A DNA stretch of 61,395 nucleotides, filler included, from Dimargaris cristalligena (GCA_003614675.1; 4 parts of 4 records of this genome joined end to end with filler, not necessarily neighbours in it); one strand, 5' to 3'; counted from the first letter of the whole stretch, positions 24,510 through 36,756 are shown. Made by a program: numbers and translations. Notes: generated by a model not told the origin, from the sequence alone.

Positions 24510-24664
24510 TGTTACAGGTAGATAAAACAGACCCCCAGGTGCTCCCTAAAAGAATTTTTAAATGTCAATCTAGCTCTCCCTAGTGAATAAATATGGGTGA
24601 ATTAGGTTAATAAATGCCATGTGTAGGGGGAAATAGGCGGGGGACTCACTTGCTACCTGTAACA
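24510..24664. mobile_element. 155-bp element bounded by a perfect 12-bp inverted repeat (short LTR or TIR element)
   Basis: TGTTACAGGTAG (24510-24521) and CTACCTGTAACA (24653-24664); no matching TSD seen. Confidence 0.5.
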
Positions 24665-24923
24665 CTTGCCTCATAAAAATGGGGGGGGTTTGGTATATAG
24701 TCCAGTTGAATCTCTTCTATATGTGGTAAGTCCTGGCCCAAGTCAGACCTTATAACCAAAAGGGTTATTTAATATTGCCAATAGGAGATTCCTAATTTAA
24801 GCTACTCCTTGATAGCTGGTGTGGTGATTTTACAAATCACTACAATATGCCAGTTTTATTCAGCCTATCTAAGGAATCTCCCAATATCCAGAAATGGTGA
24901 GAGGCCGGGTGTTTTTTTTTTAC

Positions 24924-25237
24924 TATGTGGGCTGGATAAGTATAGGTGCCAAGCTCAATTCAGTAGGACCTCGAGGCCTTGAGGTAGCCCTTGCAGGGTG
25001 ACCGGGAAATACCTTGTTCAGAACGTCTGGCTGCATTAGCGGGCTTTGGAAGTTGGAATTAGTGTCGCTGGTGGGTAGGGTTCATAATTCGTCGATGGCT
25101 GAGGTTTCTGAATAGCCAGATCCCTGTCTACTTTGATCCCCGGGCATTCTATCAGCTGGTAAGGGTACTGCCACGTCGGTATGGACAGATTTAGCCCCAG
25201 CCGCTGGGTTGGAATTAACCCTGCCAATCACTTAGGT
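24924..25237. repeat. Dispersed ~300-bp repeat, copy 2
   Basis: Homologous to 15821-16122 with a ~17-nt extra segment near 25120-25140; preceded by T10. Confidence 0.85.
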
Positions 25238-26141
25238 AGCAGGAAAACCAGTGCACTACCGCCCTTCTTCCTTGTGAGCTATCAAAGGCTAATCCGCTGG
25301 ACAGAAAAACCATGCATCTAGTTATTTAGGAGCTCACGCCGATTTTCTCGTTGACTAGGCAACACCTCCCCGTGAAATTGGATTTAGTGAGTGTCCCCTT
25401 AATGCGAAATTTATAGAAAAATCACTCTAGTTACAGATTCTCCCATATGGTTTGCGAATCCATTGGCGAAATCCAATGAATGAACTGAAAAAGGCTTACC
25501 CCACGCCACCAACTGGTTGCCTGGTGCGGGTTTATTTAAGATCACATGACTACTGCTGTGAGAGCCTTCTGGGTCAAAAGTGTCCCCCCGCATTTTGTAA
25601 AGGCAGCGGAAAAAAAGAGGGCTAGGGTGCTATAGCCCTCCGCTTAAATAGCCGACTCCCTTTCTTTGGGACAATCCACGGATTAATGGAGGAAGAGAGT
25701 ATTGTCGCTGACTTGCATACTGAGCTGGGAAAATAGTTGGGGGAATATGGCCCAACCGCCGTAGCAGTGAAAATAACGAAGCGACGAAAGAGATGAAAGA
25801 GAGGGGAATGCGTGTATATGTTGTGTGTGGAAGAGAACCAAACTCCTCAGACCGATCCAACTCCGTCGACTTTATACAAGGAAAGCTTGCCCACGGCCTC
25901 TGCGTCTCTTTCTTCCCCCTTTCCCCCTTTTTTAGCACACCTGTGCCTGGCCCATCTTGGCCCTTGGATTCCTCTTTCCACACACTTACTTTAGTGTTGG
26001 TCCTTCTATTCGTGTTTCACCTATACACGTTTACCCTCTCACCTGCCTCTTCTCATCATCCCCACTCCCCCCCTCACCACCACCCAACCGCCGTTTCCCC
26101 CTCTAACCGAGCCAGATCCGCCCATACACATATAAACAACT

Positions 26142-29100
26142 ATGGCCCCGATCTTCATCAAACCCGAGAACGCCCTCAAGAAGGCCGAGGACCTGCTTAA
26201 GGTGGGTCAGAAAGACGCTGGTATCAGTGCCTTGACCGATGTCATCGTGTCCAAGCGCTCGCGCGGCGTCCCCGTGTCGGTGCTGGAGCCCATCATGCTC
26301 AAGCTGATCCAGATCTGTGTCGCCGACCGCCGTGGTCAGCTCCTCAAGGAGGTCCTGCAGGACTACCGTAATACCTGCCAGAACACCAATGTGGGCACCA
26401 TCGGTACCGTGGTCACTGACTTGATCCAGCGCTCCGAGGCCCAGGTCCGGGAGGCCCAGGCCAAGGCCGACAAGATCAATCTGGAAAAACTCGAGGACCT
26501 CGAGGTGATTGAAAACCCTGAGTCCATCCTGATGAGCGCCGTCAGCGACGAGCAGGACAAGGACCGGACGGACCGCGGTATTGTGACCCCCTGGCTGAAG
26601 TTCCTGTGGGAGACCTACCGTAACATTTTGGATACCCTGCGTAATAACACCCGCCTCGAGACCATCTACCAGTCGGTCGCCACCCAGGCCCTCCAATTCT
26701 GCCTGAAGTTCCAGCGCAAGAACGAATTCCGCCGCCTGTGCGAGAAGCTCCGCACCCATTTGTCGGCCATCATCAAGAACACCAACCAGTCCCATGGTAT
26801 CAACCTCCAGGACCCCGAGTCCCTGCAGCGTCACTTGGAACTCCGTTTCGGCCAACTTCACGTCGCCACCGAAATGGAACTGTGGCAGGAGGCCTTCCGC
26901 TCCGTCGAGGATATCCACCTCCTGCTCGCAAGCACCAAGAAGGACCCCAAGCCCAGCATGCTGGTGAGCTACTACGAAAAACTGACCCGGATTATGACCG
27001 TGAGCGGTAACCATCTATACCACGCCGCTGCCTGGCACAAGTACTATGATACCGTGCGTCACCATGCCAAGGCCATCGGCGCCTCCGAGTTCGAGCGCAT
27101 CGCCAGCCATGTGGTGCTCTCCACCATGGCCATTCCCATTATCAACCCCACGCTGCGGGTAGCCACTATGAGCATCGACGAGAACAAGGTGCGTGATACC
27201 CGCCTCGGCAACCTTCTGGGCTTGACCAGCTCCCCCAAGCGGGCTACTCTCATTAGCGACCTCATCGGTAGCGGCGTCCTGTCCAAGGTCAGCCCCGAGC
27301 TCCGTGATTTCTTCTACCTGATGGAAGAGAAGTTCCACCCCCTGTCCATCTGCCGCAGCGTGTCCCCCTACTTAATTAAGTTCCACGGCCAGCCCGAGTT
27401 CGCCAAATACGCCAAATCCCTCCAGGTCTGTCTGGTCACCCGTCTGTTCCAGCAGCTATCCCAGGTCTACACCGTCATTAAGTTGGACTACGTTCTCCAG
27501 CTGACCACCTTCCCCGAGCCCCTAACTTTTACCAGCGCCCAGCTGGAGCAGTTCCTCATGAACGGCAGCCGTCGGGGTGAATTCTCCCTGCGCCTGGACT
27601 ACCGTTCCCGCAGTATCCACTTCACCAGCGACGCCTTCAGCGATGCTGGACAGACCACCGCCAGCGGCCCCCAGCTGCAGCCCACCCCGGCTGACCAGAT
27701 CCGCAGCCAGCTGTCCGGTCTGGCCGAAGGTCTGAGCGCCATCACCCGTGTGGTGGTCCCCAGAGCCGCCGAAGAGCAGGTCGCCGCCCGCATGGAGGCC
27801 GTGGCCGTGGCTCTGGCCAAGATGAAGGAGGAGCACGAAGGTGCCCTGAAGCGCAAGGCCGTCCTGGAACGCCGCAAGGAAATCATCGAGACTCTGAATG
27901 CCCGCAAGGAGAAGGAGGAGGCCCGTGAAAAGGCCCTGCTGCTCCAGCGCGAACAGGAAGCCGAAAAGATCCGCCTGGCCGAAGACGCCCGTCGCCGTGA
28001 GATGGCCCGTCTGGAGCGCGAGCGTGACGCCATCGCCAAGGAGGAGGCCCGCCGTCTGGCCGAAACCCTCCAAGCCTCGGGTGGCCTGAAACTACAGGGT
28101 GAGAAACTGGCCAATCTGGACAAGGACCGCCTGGTTGAACTCCAGGTTGAACAAATTGAGAAGAATAAGCGCGACATGGAGGCCAACCTCAAGGCCATGG
28201 CCAAGAGCCTTGACTACACCCACCGGGCCTACCGTCTGGAGGAAATTCCCCTCCTTGAGAAGGACTACGAACGCCAGAAGAAGGCCGACTTGGCTTTCTA
28301 CGAAGCGGCCAAGCAGGCCCAGTTCGCCAGTTCCAAGGCCGCCTACGAACACGGTATGTCCCTTAAGGCCAAAATGGAACGCATGCTTCCTTCCTACATG
28401 GATTTCAAGGCCAAGCTCGAGTCCCGCCGCAGCGAGGAGCTCCGTCAACTCAAACAAAAGTTGGACCAGAAGATTGAAGCCGAGAAGAAATTCCGCATGG
28501 AAGAGTACCATCGCCTTAAGGAGCAGGAGCGCCAGCGTCGCGAAACCGAAGAGGCCGAACGCCTGCGCAAGGAAGAGGAGGACCGTCGCCGCCGCGAAGA
28601 AGAGGAGCGTCTGGAGGCTGAACGTCAGGCCGAAGAGAAGGCCCGCCGGGAAGCCGAGGAGGAACGGCGCCGTCAGTTGGATGTCATATTCGCCAAACAA
28701 CAGGCACGCGAGCAGGAAGTGGCGGCCCAACAGGAGGCCCGCCGTCTCGAGCGTCTCAACGAAGAACAGAACTCGGGCCGTTACATTCCCTTGCACCGTC
28801 GTGCCGGTGGTCTGGCAGCCCCTCCGGCCACTACCACGACCACCGCCACCGCGTCCGCTGCATCCCCCGCTGGTACCGCTGGCCGCCCAGAAGCCTTCAC
28901 TGAACTTCGCCGGTCGACCAATGCCTGGCGTCCTCGCGGTGCGGCCGGTTCGCCGGCGGCCTCGGACGCCTCTCCCGTCCCAGCTGCTGCCGCTCCCATC
29001 AGCCGTCCCCGCCCCACTCCCGCATCCACCCCTGCTCCCGCCCCTACCCCCAGTGCGGGTGCGGCTGGTAGTTCGGCCGGTTCTTCTCCCGCCCCCGCTC

Positions 29101-29153
29101 CGGGTAAATATATTTCCCCCGCTATGCGTCAGCGGATGAACCAACAGAACTAA
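26142..29153 (+). CDS. TIF32: Eukaryotic translation initiation factor 3 subunit A
   Basis: KPENALKKAEDLL, TPWLKFLWETYR, LELRFGQLHVATEMELWQEAFRSVEDIH, PCI domain and a long charged coiled coil; single exon, 1003 aa. Confidence 0.98.
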   Translation: MAPIFIKPENALKKAEDLLKVGQKDAGISALTDVIVSKRSRGVPVSVLEPIMLKLIQICVADRRGQLLKEVLQDYRNTCQNTNVGTIGTVVTDLIQRSEAQVREAQAKADKINLEKLEDLEVIENPESILMSAVSDEQDKDRTDRGIVTPWLKFLWETYRNILDTLRNNTRLETIYQSVATQALQFCLKFQRKNEFRRLCEKLRTHLSAIIKNTNQSHGINLQDPESLQRHLELRFGQLHVATEMELWQEAFRSVEDIHLLLASTKKDPKPSMLVSYYEKLTRIMTVSGNHLYHAAAWHKYYDTVRHHAKAIGASEFERIASHVVLSTMAIPIINPTLRVATMSIDENKVRDTRLGNLLGLTSSPKRATLISDLIGSGVLSKVSPELRDFFYLMEEKFHPLSICRSVSPYLIKFHGQPEFAKYAKSLQVCLVTRLFQQLSQVYTVIKLDYVLQLTTFPEPLTFTSAQLEQFLMNGSRRGEFSLRLDYRSRSIHFTSDAFSDAGQTTASGPQLQPTPADQIRSQLSGLAEGLSAITRVVVPRAAEEQVAARMEAVAVALAKMKEEHEGALKRKAVLERRKEIIETLNARKEKEEAREKALLLQREQEAEKIRLAEDARRREMARLERERDAIAKEEARRLAETLQASGGLKLQGEKLANLDKDRLVELQVEQIEKNKRDMEANLKAMAKSLDYTHRAYRLEEIPLLEKDYERQKKADLAFYEAAKQAQFASSKAAYEHGMSLKAKMERMLPSYMDFKAKLESRRSEELRQLKQKLDQKIEAEKKFRMEEYHRLKEQERQRRETEEAERLRKEEEDRRRREEEERLEAERQAEEKARREAEEERRRQLDVIFAKQQAREQEVAAQQEARRLERLNEEQNSGRYIPLHRRAGGLAAPPATTTTTATASAASPAGTAGRPEAFTELRRSTNAWRPRGAAGSPAASDASPVPAAAAPISRPRPTPASTPAPAPTPSAGAAGSSAGSSPAPAPGKYISPAMRQRMNQQN

Positions 29154-29722
29154 TGGCCCAGGCTGGTTGAGTTCTGGGCGGTATCATTCAAATGTTTTCT
29201 ATATATATATATATCTTTTACTTATAGTCCTTGCCCCTCAAAAGATTACCGCATTCCCAACAAAAGTAATTTAAATATACATTTATATATATATATATCA
29301 ATGATAAATATATCTATATCTATATATTTAAAGATGATGTATAGCTCATATCTTCACACTTGAGAGGTGATCCTTTTTGGCCTGTGGGGAACCGCATACG
29401 CACATCAATACAATAAACCCCCAAACATATAACGTGAAAATAGTCGTCCTTCAGGCAATTGAATAGCACCCACTACATGTCCTTTGTCTCGATCAATCAT
29501 CCACTAATAGTCTAGTTGTAAGAAAGGGTTGGGTTATATATGGGGGACTGTTGCCGAATTGGTAAGAAGTACCCGGGGACACTTCCGTTATCCTTGCTCT
29601 TGTTAAAAGAGCGCGAGATATGAGCGAATTTATTAAGGAATGAATATAATTAGCATGAACTTGCTGAAGCGATGTGGACGCTAGTAAACTGGAGAATCAG
29701 ATTGCGTAACCGATACTTATAT

Positions 29723-29857
29723 ATATAGGAGAGGTTCAACCAGGCGTTCTATCGAAAAATCTATTGGATGGGGTCAACATCTAAGGTTAATATTAATCAA
29801 TACCCCATATACATGTTATGTAAAACTTTATACAGCTGATCCGGATTTCACCTATAT
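29723..29857 (+). mobile_element. MITE copy (diverged)
   Basis: ATAT-AGGAGAGGTTCAACCAGG...GAAAAATCTATTGGATG...TTATACAGCTGATCCGGATTTCACCT-ATAT. Confidence 0.8.
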
Positions 29858-30665
29858 GGACTATAACAGGCAACCGGTAAGCCCAAGAGGGTTGATGATA
29901 TTTTCACTGAACCTTCCGGAATAGTGCTCTAGATAGTAGAACGGGTGACGGGCTCGGAGAGATGTTGGTTAATCAGAAGCCCCTGGTCGAGATGCAGGTG
30001 GCTGGGGAATACTCTCAATAGCAGATGGATGAAGTTCAATGTAACTATATAACGATTTGGATGAAAGTTCCAAATGATGTAGCGGTACTATTTTTTTATT
30101 GAAACGGAAAATAGGCACATCGATGGGACTTTTTTTAAAATGAGGGAAAAATGATCACCGACCCTGTAATCAATCATAAGACCTATCATTACTCTATGAA
30201 TAATGACTCAGGAAAGCCAAAAAAATAATTATACTATGTAAATTGATGCCTGGCAACCGGACTAGCGGCAAATTAGCTTTCTTTAACTACCTTCCACTAT
30301 TTTTCAAAACTTTTAAGCTATTTTCTACTACTTTTTAAAGGATTATTCCTATACTAAATTAAATGACAATAAACCTAAACTTTCTTTTATATATAATCTT
30401 GCAGCTAATGTATAGAAACTATGTTTTTTTAATTAAACTACCCTTCCAATACTTTAAAATCTCTTACTAATCCCTACCAATTTGCCCAAATACAAACTAC
30501 TGCCAATTCAACCAAACCTTTGAGCTTCTCCAGTTACCTATACCCCCTTTCCTTTGGCAATTAATTACCAAATAAAAATTCTAAATGGTGAATACACATA
30601 AACAACACCGGCTGTATTGTAAAGTAAGTAAACCCTTTTCACAGCAGAAAACTGGCCAATGAGGG

Positions 30666-30765
30666 NNNNNNNNNNNNNNNNNNNNNNNNNNNNNNNNNNN
30701 NNNNNNNNNTTAATTAATTAANNNNNNNNNNNNNNNNNNNNNNNNNNNNNNNNNNNNNNNNNNNN
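30666..30765. other. Assembly spacer
   Basis: 44N-TTAATTAATTAA-44N. Confidence 0.97.
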
Positions 30766-31974
30766 CCCCCACTGGGCCCCTTCCCCCAATTCCTACCGAG
30801 CCGTTTATTACCACACCCTACTAACCTGGTCGTAGGGGGGGGGGGGGGGGTCCTTTACAGTCTACACTGGAATTGGGTTGCGACGATGTGTATTTTGTCG
30901 CCCCCCCCTATTTTTCAATCCAACTGGCCCTGGCACTTGTGGTTTATTTATTGAATGCCTACTGAGGTTCACACAGTTGGCCAATGCCATTCGCCCCGTC
31001 ACCAACCCTTACATCTACATGCGTATACATTTCCTACCCACACCTTATAACCATTCCCCCTCAATATCTCCCACGCGATTCTCTTCATCTTTACCACCCT
31101 GCATTGTAATTACCGTATTATTATCAAAAAAACCCATACTTTATAACCATCAGATTCAGCCCTTTTCACTCTTGTGGAGTAGCAGAGTCGCCCTTGGCCT
31201 ACTCTATTCTCGTTCCACCCTATGTGGGCCTTGGTACGCCAACAGCCCTCTCTCTCGTCCTAGTTATGGAATCACTATTACCAGGCTTTGTTATGTTTCA
31301 CTGTATGCCAATCAAGAGATTCTCACGATACCCTGGAGATTAGGGATTTATAGATCCATAAAGACATTTATAATGGTGGACAACCCACGGTTGGTTACAT
31401 AGCCTTCACTGACCCTACTTCTAGCTGGCCTTAATGATCGATACAGGCCTTTTACTTTCACCCCCACTTCAGTTGATTGTGGGGGACTCTTCACGTATGC
31501 GATGGATTGGATATTGGGTTTCATTTATCTGTTTAACCCACCTCTTGCTGCGCGTTTTTTCTCGTACTCGGTTGCTATCGCCATGCCGAATGACGCCTCT
31601 TGGGTGAGGGTGGTGGCAGGAGTGCGCTTATTGAACCATTTTCTAGCATTCCCTTCGCTTGAAATCCGTGTAACACAACAGTTATCTTATATGTTAGTAG
31701 TTCCACTATGGCACGTTTCATTGCAAATGCCGGATTGGTAGCGGCATCTTTATATTTTATACATTTACGTCAGTCGCGGCCTAGCTTGTTGGTGCCCCGG
31801 CCCATGTCTTCATGAATCATTAAATTATGAAGAATTATACACCGCTGATCAAAAACCGGCTAATTCCAAACCAATGCAGGAATAGGGAGGTGACGAATGA
31901 TTGGGAAGGGCAGGGCGAGACTTAGGTTATACGTTTGGGTGAGATTTATACTGGAAATCAAGGTAGAAGACCCC

Positions 31975-33047
31975 TTAAACTAAGCCAAGGTTTTCGTTGA
32001 CCAAGGTTACGATCATTCCATAAAGGTAATAAAAAAAGCAGGTCAGGAAGAATACGGCCTTAATGATGCCTTCCTTTTTGTATTGGGGTAAGTGGCGAAA
32101 CACCAGCGTGGGATCAAAGAATTGGGTCTCCGAAGCCATTCTGTGTGGAGGGGGGATATGCGAGAAGGTGGAAGAAGAAGTGACACCAGGGCAGTGCATT
32201 AAATAGGCAAGAGGGTAGTGAGATGGCGTGGGCAGCTTTTAACCGGTGATTCTATAAATGATGCCAGTAAATCTATTATAGCCTGGTTTTTTTATATATG
32301 CTATAGTACAGGTAAGCTGCCGGAGTGTTTGGGGTCACCCTCAGGCCGCATGCTTCCAGGAACAGGTGGTATATATTCCGGGATAGGGATCTGGCGCGAT
32401 CTCAATGGCCGGGCAGGATATAGCCATTAACACCACCACCACCACCACCACTGCCGGCACCTTTCAATGACCTTGCCTAGTCTCTGAGTATGAAATAAGA
32501 AGTAGGTACAATAGAAGGAATCCTAATAGAATATATAGTTCAGCAGCCACTTACTTGTTAATGTTCCATACCAGAAGGGGTAAGTTAAGAAGCGCGGGAA
32601 TCCATTGGCCGTTCAGTAGAAATACGGTGAATAGGCCCGAGTGGAGAAAGACCTCGGGGACAACCCACTTAATAGGCCGATGGTAGTGGTGGAATAAGGG
32701 GGGATGTTGGTGGCAAGAAATGCGTATGGGTGCGATAGGGTTTTAGAAGGATAGTAATGCAATATACCGCATGTTAGTTTCGTGAAACACATCGCTGAGT
32801 ATTATATATAAATATATATATATATAGATAGATAATGAAGGAGCGTGGTCGCCTTTGGGATTTTATAGGGCGAGGGGAGAGAGAGAGAGAGAGGGTGACC
32901 TACGGCGTTGAGGGTGGAGCAAAGGTCCACGGGATTAATGTAGTCGCTTTCGAGGTCGGATAGCATGATGATACACCAAACGGCGTAGAAGGTCAAGCTG
33001 CCGGATATGAGGAGACCCAGCAGGTAGGCGATGGCTTCCCAGGTCAT
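31975..33047 (-). CDS. ERV14: Cornichon/Erv14 ER cargo receptor, paralog A; exons 33047-32904, 32667-32555, 32140-31975
   Basis: Spliced product contains MLSDLESDYINPVDLCSTLN-WVVPE, LNLPLLVWNINK and FDPTLVFRHLPQYKKE. Donors GTAGGT and GTAAGT, acceptors AAG and CAG, phases consistent. Confidence 0.92.
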
Positions 33048-33317
33048 GGTGGGGCGGAATCGGGGAGTGGAGTTGGGCAAAGGGAATGGGCGAGAGGGAA
33101 TGGTTTAAACTCCTTGAAGCAAGTCAGTGAAGGAATGGGGAGAGTGAAAGTGAGGGTTGATAAGTTGGGCCTTGGACGACAACGACAACTAGGGAGATCC
33201 CGTAGACTGGGAGCGACGTCATTGACCCAAGAATAAAAGCCAACAACCTCTACAAAAAGGGTGTTTTATAGAGTAAGTATGTATATCTGACTAAGTGGAC
33301 TTTCTGAGTTAAGGTAG

Positions 33318-33342
<25 letters not shown>
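33318..33342. repeat. (AT)n microsatellite in the shared divergent promoter of the two ERV14 paralogs
   Basis: TA run roughly midway between ATGs 33047 (-) and 33691 (+). Confidence 0.85.
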
Positions 33343-33349
<7 letters not shown>

Positions 33350-33690
33350 TCCCTTAGCCTGCCTATAGGCTAGATCATCGAGCATCCCAGCCATTGTGTT
33401 GGCTGTTAAGCCTGACCCAGCGCAGTGTACCCCGCGCGCCGCATATAGTATCTTCCTTCCATTATTATTCCGCCCTGGTACCAAAGAGAAAAGGCCCAGC
33501 AGAGCGCCCCACTCCACACCCCAGTCTTTGTTCTCCCAGCCTCTCATATTTGCCCCTGGAGTTCTTTTTGGGGGGTTTCCTTCTTCCCTAACTTAACTTT
33601 AGCCCTAGCTCTCCTTTTATGTTCTTCTTTCCTTGAGTCCGTACATTCCCCCCCTATTTCCTCCCCCTCCTCTCTATATCTCCGGTCAGC

Positions 33691-34263
33691 ATGTTTCTTT
33701 TTCTCCTATCCCTCCTCGTGTGCGGCGGGTTCATGTGCCTCTCCATCTGGCAGGTCATCAATTTCGTCGACATGGAAGCCGATTACATGAATCCCATTGA
33801 ACTGTGCCAATCGCTGAACCAATGGGTGGTACCCGAAGTACTGGCCCATGCCGTGTTGACCCTGCTGTTTATGCTGTTCGGCGCGTGGTCGTGTGTGCTC
33901 ATCAACCTGCCGCTGCTCGGCTGGCACCTGTACAAGATTAGCCAGAAGCGCCATCTCTACGACCCCACCATCGTGTTCCGCCACCTGTCCGAGTATAAGA
34001 AGGAGGGCTTTATCAAGGTCGGCTTCTTCTTCTTCTCGTTCTTCTTCTACCTCTACTGGTAAGTATTACATATGATATACACGTAAATATAGACCGGGCC
34101 CGATTCCCCCCAGCGCCGGTCCTTCCCGACAATTCCTAAAGCAACACGTCACCAGGCCCTTCTAATCACTCCTATTTCCAAACCAACTAACCTTCTCCGT
34201 ATTCTCCCCATCGCCATGCCCCCGTTAAGCATGATCGCCTCTCTCATCAACGAGTCCGGCTAA
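33691..34263 (+). CDS. ERV14: Cornichon/Erv14 ER cargo receptor, paralog B; exons 33691-34058, 34230-34263
   Basis: DMEADYMNPIELCQSLNQWVVPE, INLPLLGWH, YDPTIVFRHLSEYKKE. GTAAGT donor at 34059, CTAAC branch and AAG acceptor at 34229 give C-terminal YCMIASLINESG. Confidence 0.92.
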
Positions 34264-35507
34264 ACCTTACCCCGTTATTCAGGGGGGTACTCTTCAACCC
34301 CGCCTACCTCTTCGGCTTCAGTATCTGAGCCGCGCACCTTCAACAAAGGCGCGGTTGTTCCATACCTGCTATTCTTCCTTCGCCTATGATTCAACGGACG
34401 ATTTGGCTTGATCTTCTCACCCTCCAATCGGCCGTGTTATACCACCTCTGCATTACTATCTCTTTCCTCGATTTTGCCCTCAATTGATTCGTATTTCTTT
34501 CGAACTGTCGACTATCATCCCTCACATTGGTTTCCGTTGGTGTAGTTAGTTTTGTTTTTTTACTCTTGCCTGCCATTATAATCCGCCAGTAATTTTGTTC
34601 TATTTTTTTTTTGTTGCAAAATATACTCTCTGATACACTCGCCACTTTTGTTAACTTCCACCGCGTTCTAGGCATGTCATTCGTTGATGGTGTATATAAC
34701 CTCGGATCCCCTTTCTCTTCTTCGTACATCGCTTTACTGTATCCCAATATATGTAGTAGTGCGTGGTTCATCAATATCTATAGTAAAAAACGTCCGTTTG
34801 GCATGTAGTTTTAAGGGACCATTTCCGTATTAATCTATCGCTATGGAATTATGTAAATCGACCAGCCTTAAAATCCCGTATAATGCGTTGAAACTATAAT
34901 AACAAAGGGGGACAGTCAAGCGACATGGGCTACCAGGGATTATTATCCTGGATTTCTCTTGCGGCACACGGCCGTTCATCCGGGATTTCGGGATTACAGG
35001 ACCAATCGTCAAGTTGCGAATATAATGGGGAAGTAGTTAATATTGAACAGTAGACTACACTAGTCCGCAGAACAAAACAATAGCGCGAGGTGAAGTGAAG
35101 GAGGTTATTACAGCTGCCTTATCAGCTTTTTCATTCCCAAGCCAAGGACTGTAAATCCCCTGTCAATTCCCCACACCCAAGGCCCTTCCCTCTCCCTGTC
35201 TTACCCGAGAACCAGGTCTAAGGAAAGAGACAGGTGGGAATCTCCTGGTGGGGCTCATTCCCAACCCTCCCGCATGGGCCATATAGCGAATCCAAACGAA
35301 ACCACTTGCGTTTTTAAAAGGCATCTCTAAGCCCAGCCCAATTGCTGATTCGGTACATGCCCAGTTCCCTAAAGATTTACACCAGGCTCTATAGTCGACT
35401 CATTTCCACACTCCTCAAGGCATCCCTTTTGCACCGTATTGGGTTATCAGCGTCCCGCTATATTTATTCGTATATAATTCAGCACCCAACGGCCGAGCTT
35501 GGTAATA

Positions 35508-36351
35508 ATGTCTAACTGCGTCTTTTGCGATATTTTGGCTACGCGTAGCACCCGGATTATAGACGAAGTAAGCCATTTCGCTTCCGATTTATGGTATCCT
35601 TTCCCTAATGCTCACCTTAAATCAGGTTAACCACAGTGTAAAAGTTGGTCGATACGGGGCTATACACAACAGCCCAACCTTAGCCCCCCAAATATGCCAG
35701 CTATTCTCCTTATAAGAGGAGGGGGGGAAGATGCCTGGTATAGTTCATCTTATTCGAAGGTTGGCTTTCTAATTCCAGTATTTGCAAATGATCATGGTAC
35801 CGTCTATTTGGCATATCTTCACTTCTAATACCCCACTCACCATCCCTACCACTATGGAGAATGAAAATTGGTTTATAATCGAGGACATCAAACCCGCCTC
35901 TCGCTTCCATTGCTTGGTTATCCCCAAATCCCATATAGGGCCGGTTTCGGCCCTAGGCCCCCAGAACCGCGGACTGATCAAAGAAATGGTTGACGCTGGA
36001 AACGAGATGCTGGAATCCAAAGGGTATTCGGTGAAGCAGCGTCGGTAAGGTTTCCACACTTTTATTTATTCATACTGATGATTTGGCAGCTTACTTGTAT
36101 AATTTAACGCCAATTCATGCATTCTGGGCTACTGCTTCATTAACTTCGCTATTTCTTGACTGTTTATGCTCATAAATCCCTTGGTAACCTGTAGACTCGG
36201 TTTTCACCGGCCACCTTTCAACAGTGTCACCCACCTCCATCTCCACTGCATTGGGCTGCCCATCACCAATGTCCTCATGCGTACCCTCTTCCCTAGCTTC
36301 AATTGCCGTTGGTTTTACCATGCGGATCGTTTGTTGAATAAATTGAACTAG
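35508..36351 (+). CDS. HIT-family nucleotide hydrolase, HINT3-like; exons 35508-35567, 35860-36044, 36195-36351
   Basis: MSNCVFCDI, DIKPASRFHCLVIPKSHI and RLGFHRPPFNSVTHLHLHCIG (histidine triad); GTAAGC and GTAAGG donors. Confidence 0.9.
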
Positions 36352-36756
36352 ACTGAGTGTAGCTTGTAGACCACACATTATTATTACTATTATTAGTATT
36401 ATTTTAGGATAGCTCATTATTCCAATACGCGTTATTAGGTTTTAGGTGAACTACTCTGCCGCACACTCCGTTAATAAACACAGAACTGGACGATACTGGA
36501 TATTGGGAGGGGTAGGTTTAGCCCTGGACCATGGCTGGCCTTTAACCCCTTAGTCCTTATTACTACAACTTTAGGGCTAATGGGCGTATCACACACCCCA
36601 TTCTCCCAACAAACCAGTGAGTAGATGTCACTGTCGCTGTTAGAAACTTCCTGCTTGGAAACGCTCATGCCTAGTCCTTCGCTTTTGCATTAGTTAGCTA
36701 TACCACCACATTTACCATTTAACCCCTTTTTTCCGAAAACCCCATTCGAAAGCGAC

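Noticed and set aside
26103-29144. Long antisense and alternate-frame ORFs over eIF3a (similarly over SUA5, ERJ5, LYS12, OLA1, Myb gene, OXA1)
   Set aside because: Shadow ORFs caused by GC3-rich codon usage of the real genes; no motifs of their own.
30835-30850. Poly-G tract as a G-quadruplex element
   Set aside because: A simple homopolymer 70 nt from a contig end; its length is unreliable and nothing supports a function.
30878-31820. Hydrophobic ORF fragments with GT..AG signals that may be a small spliced membrane-protein gene
   Set aside because: Could not build a phase-consistent model or recognise a family; left unannotated.
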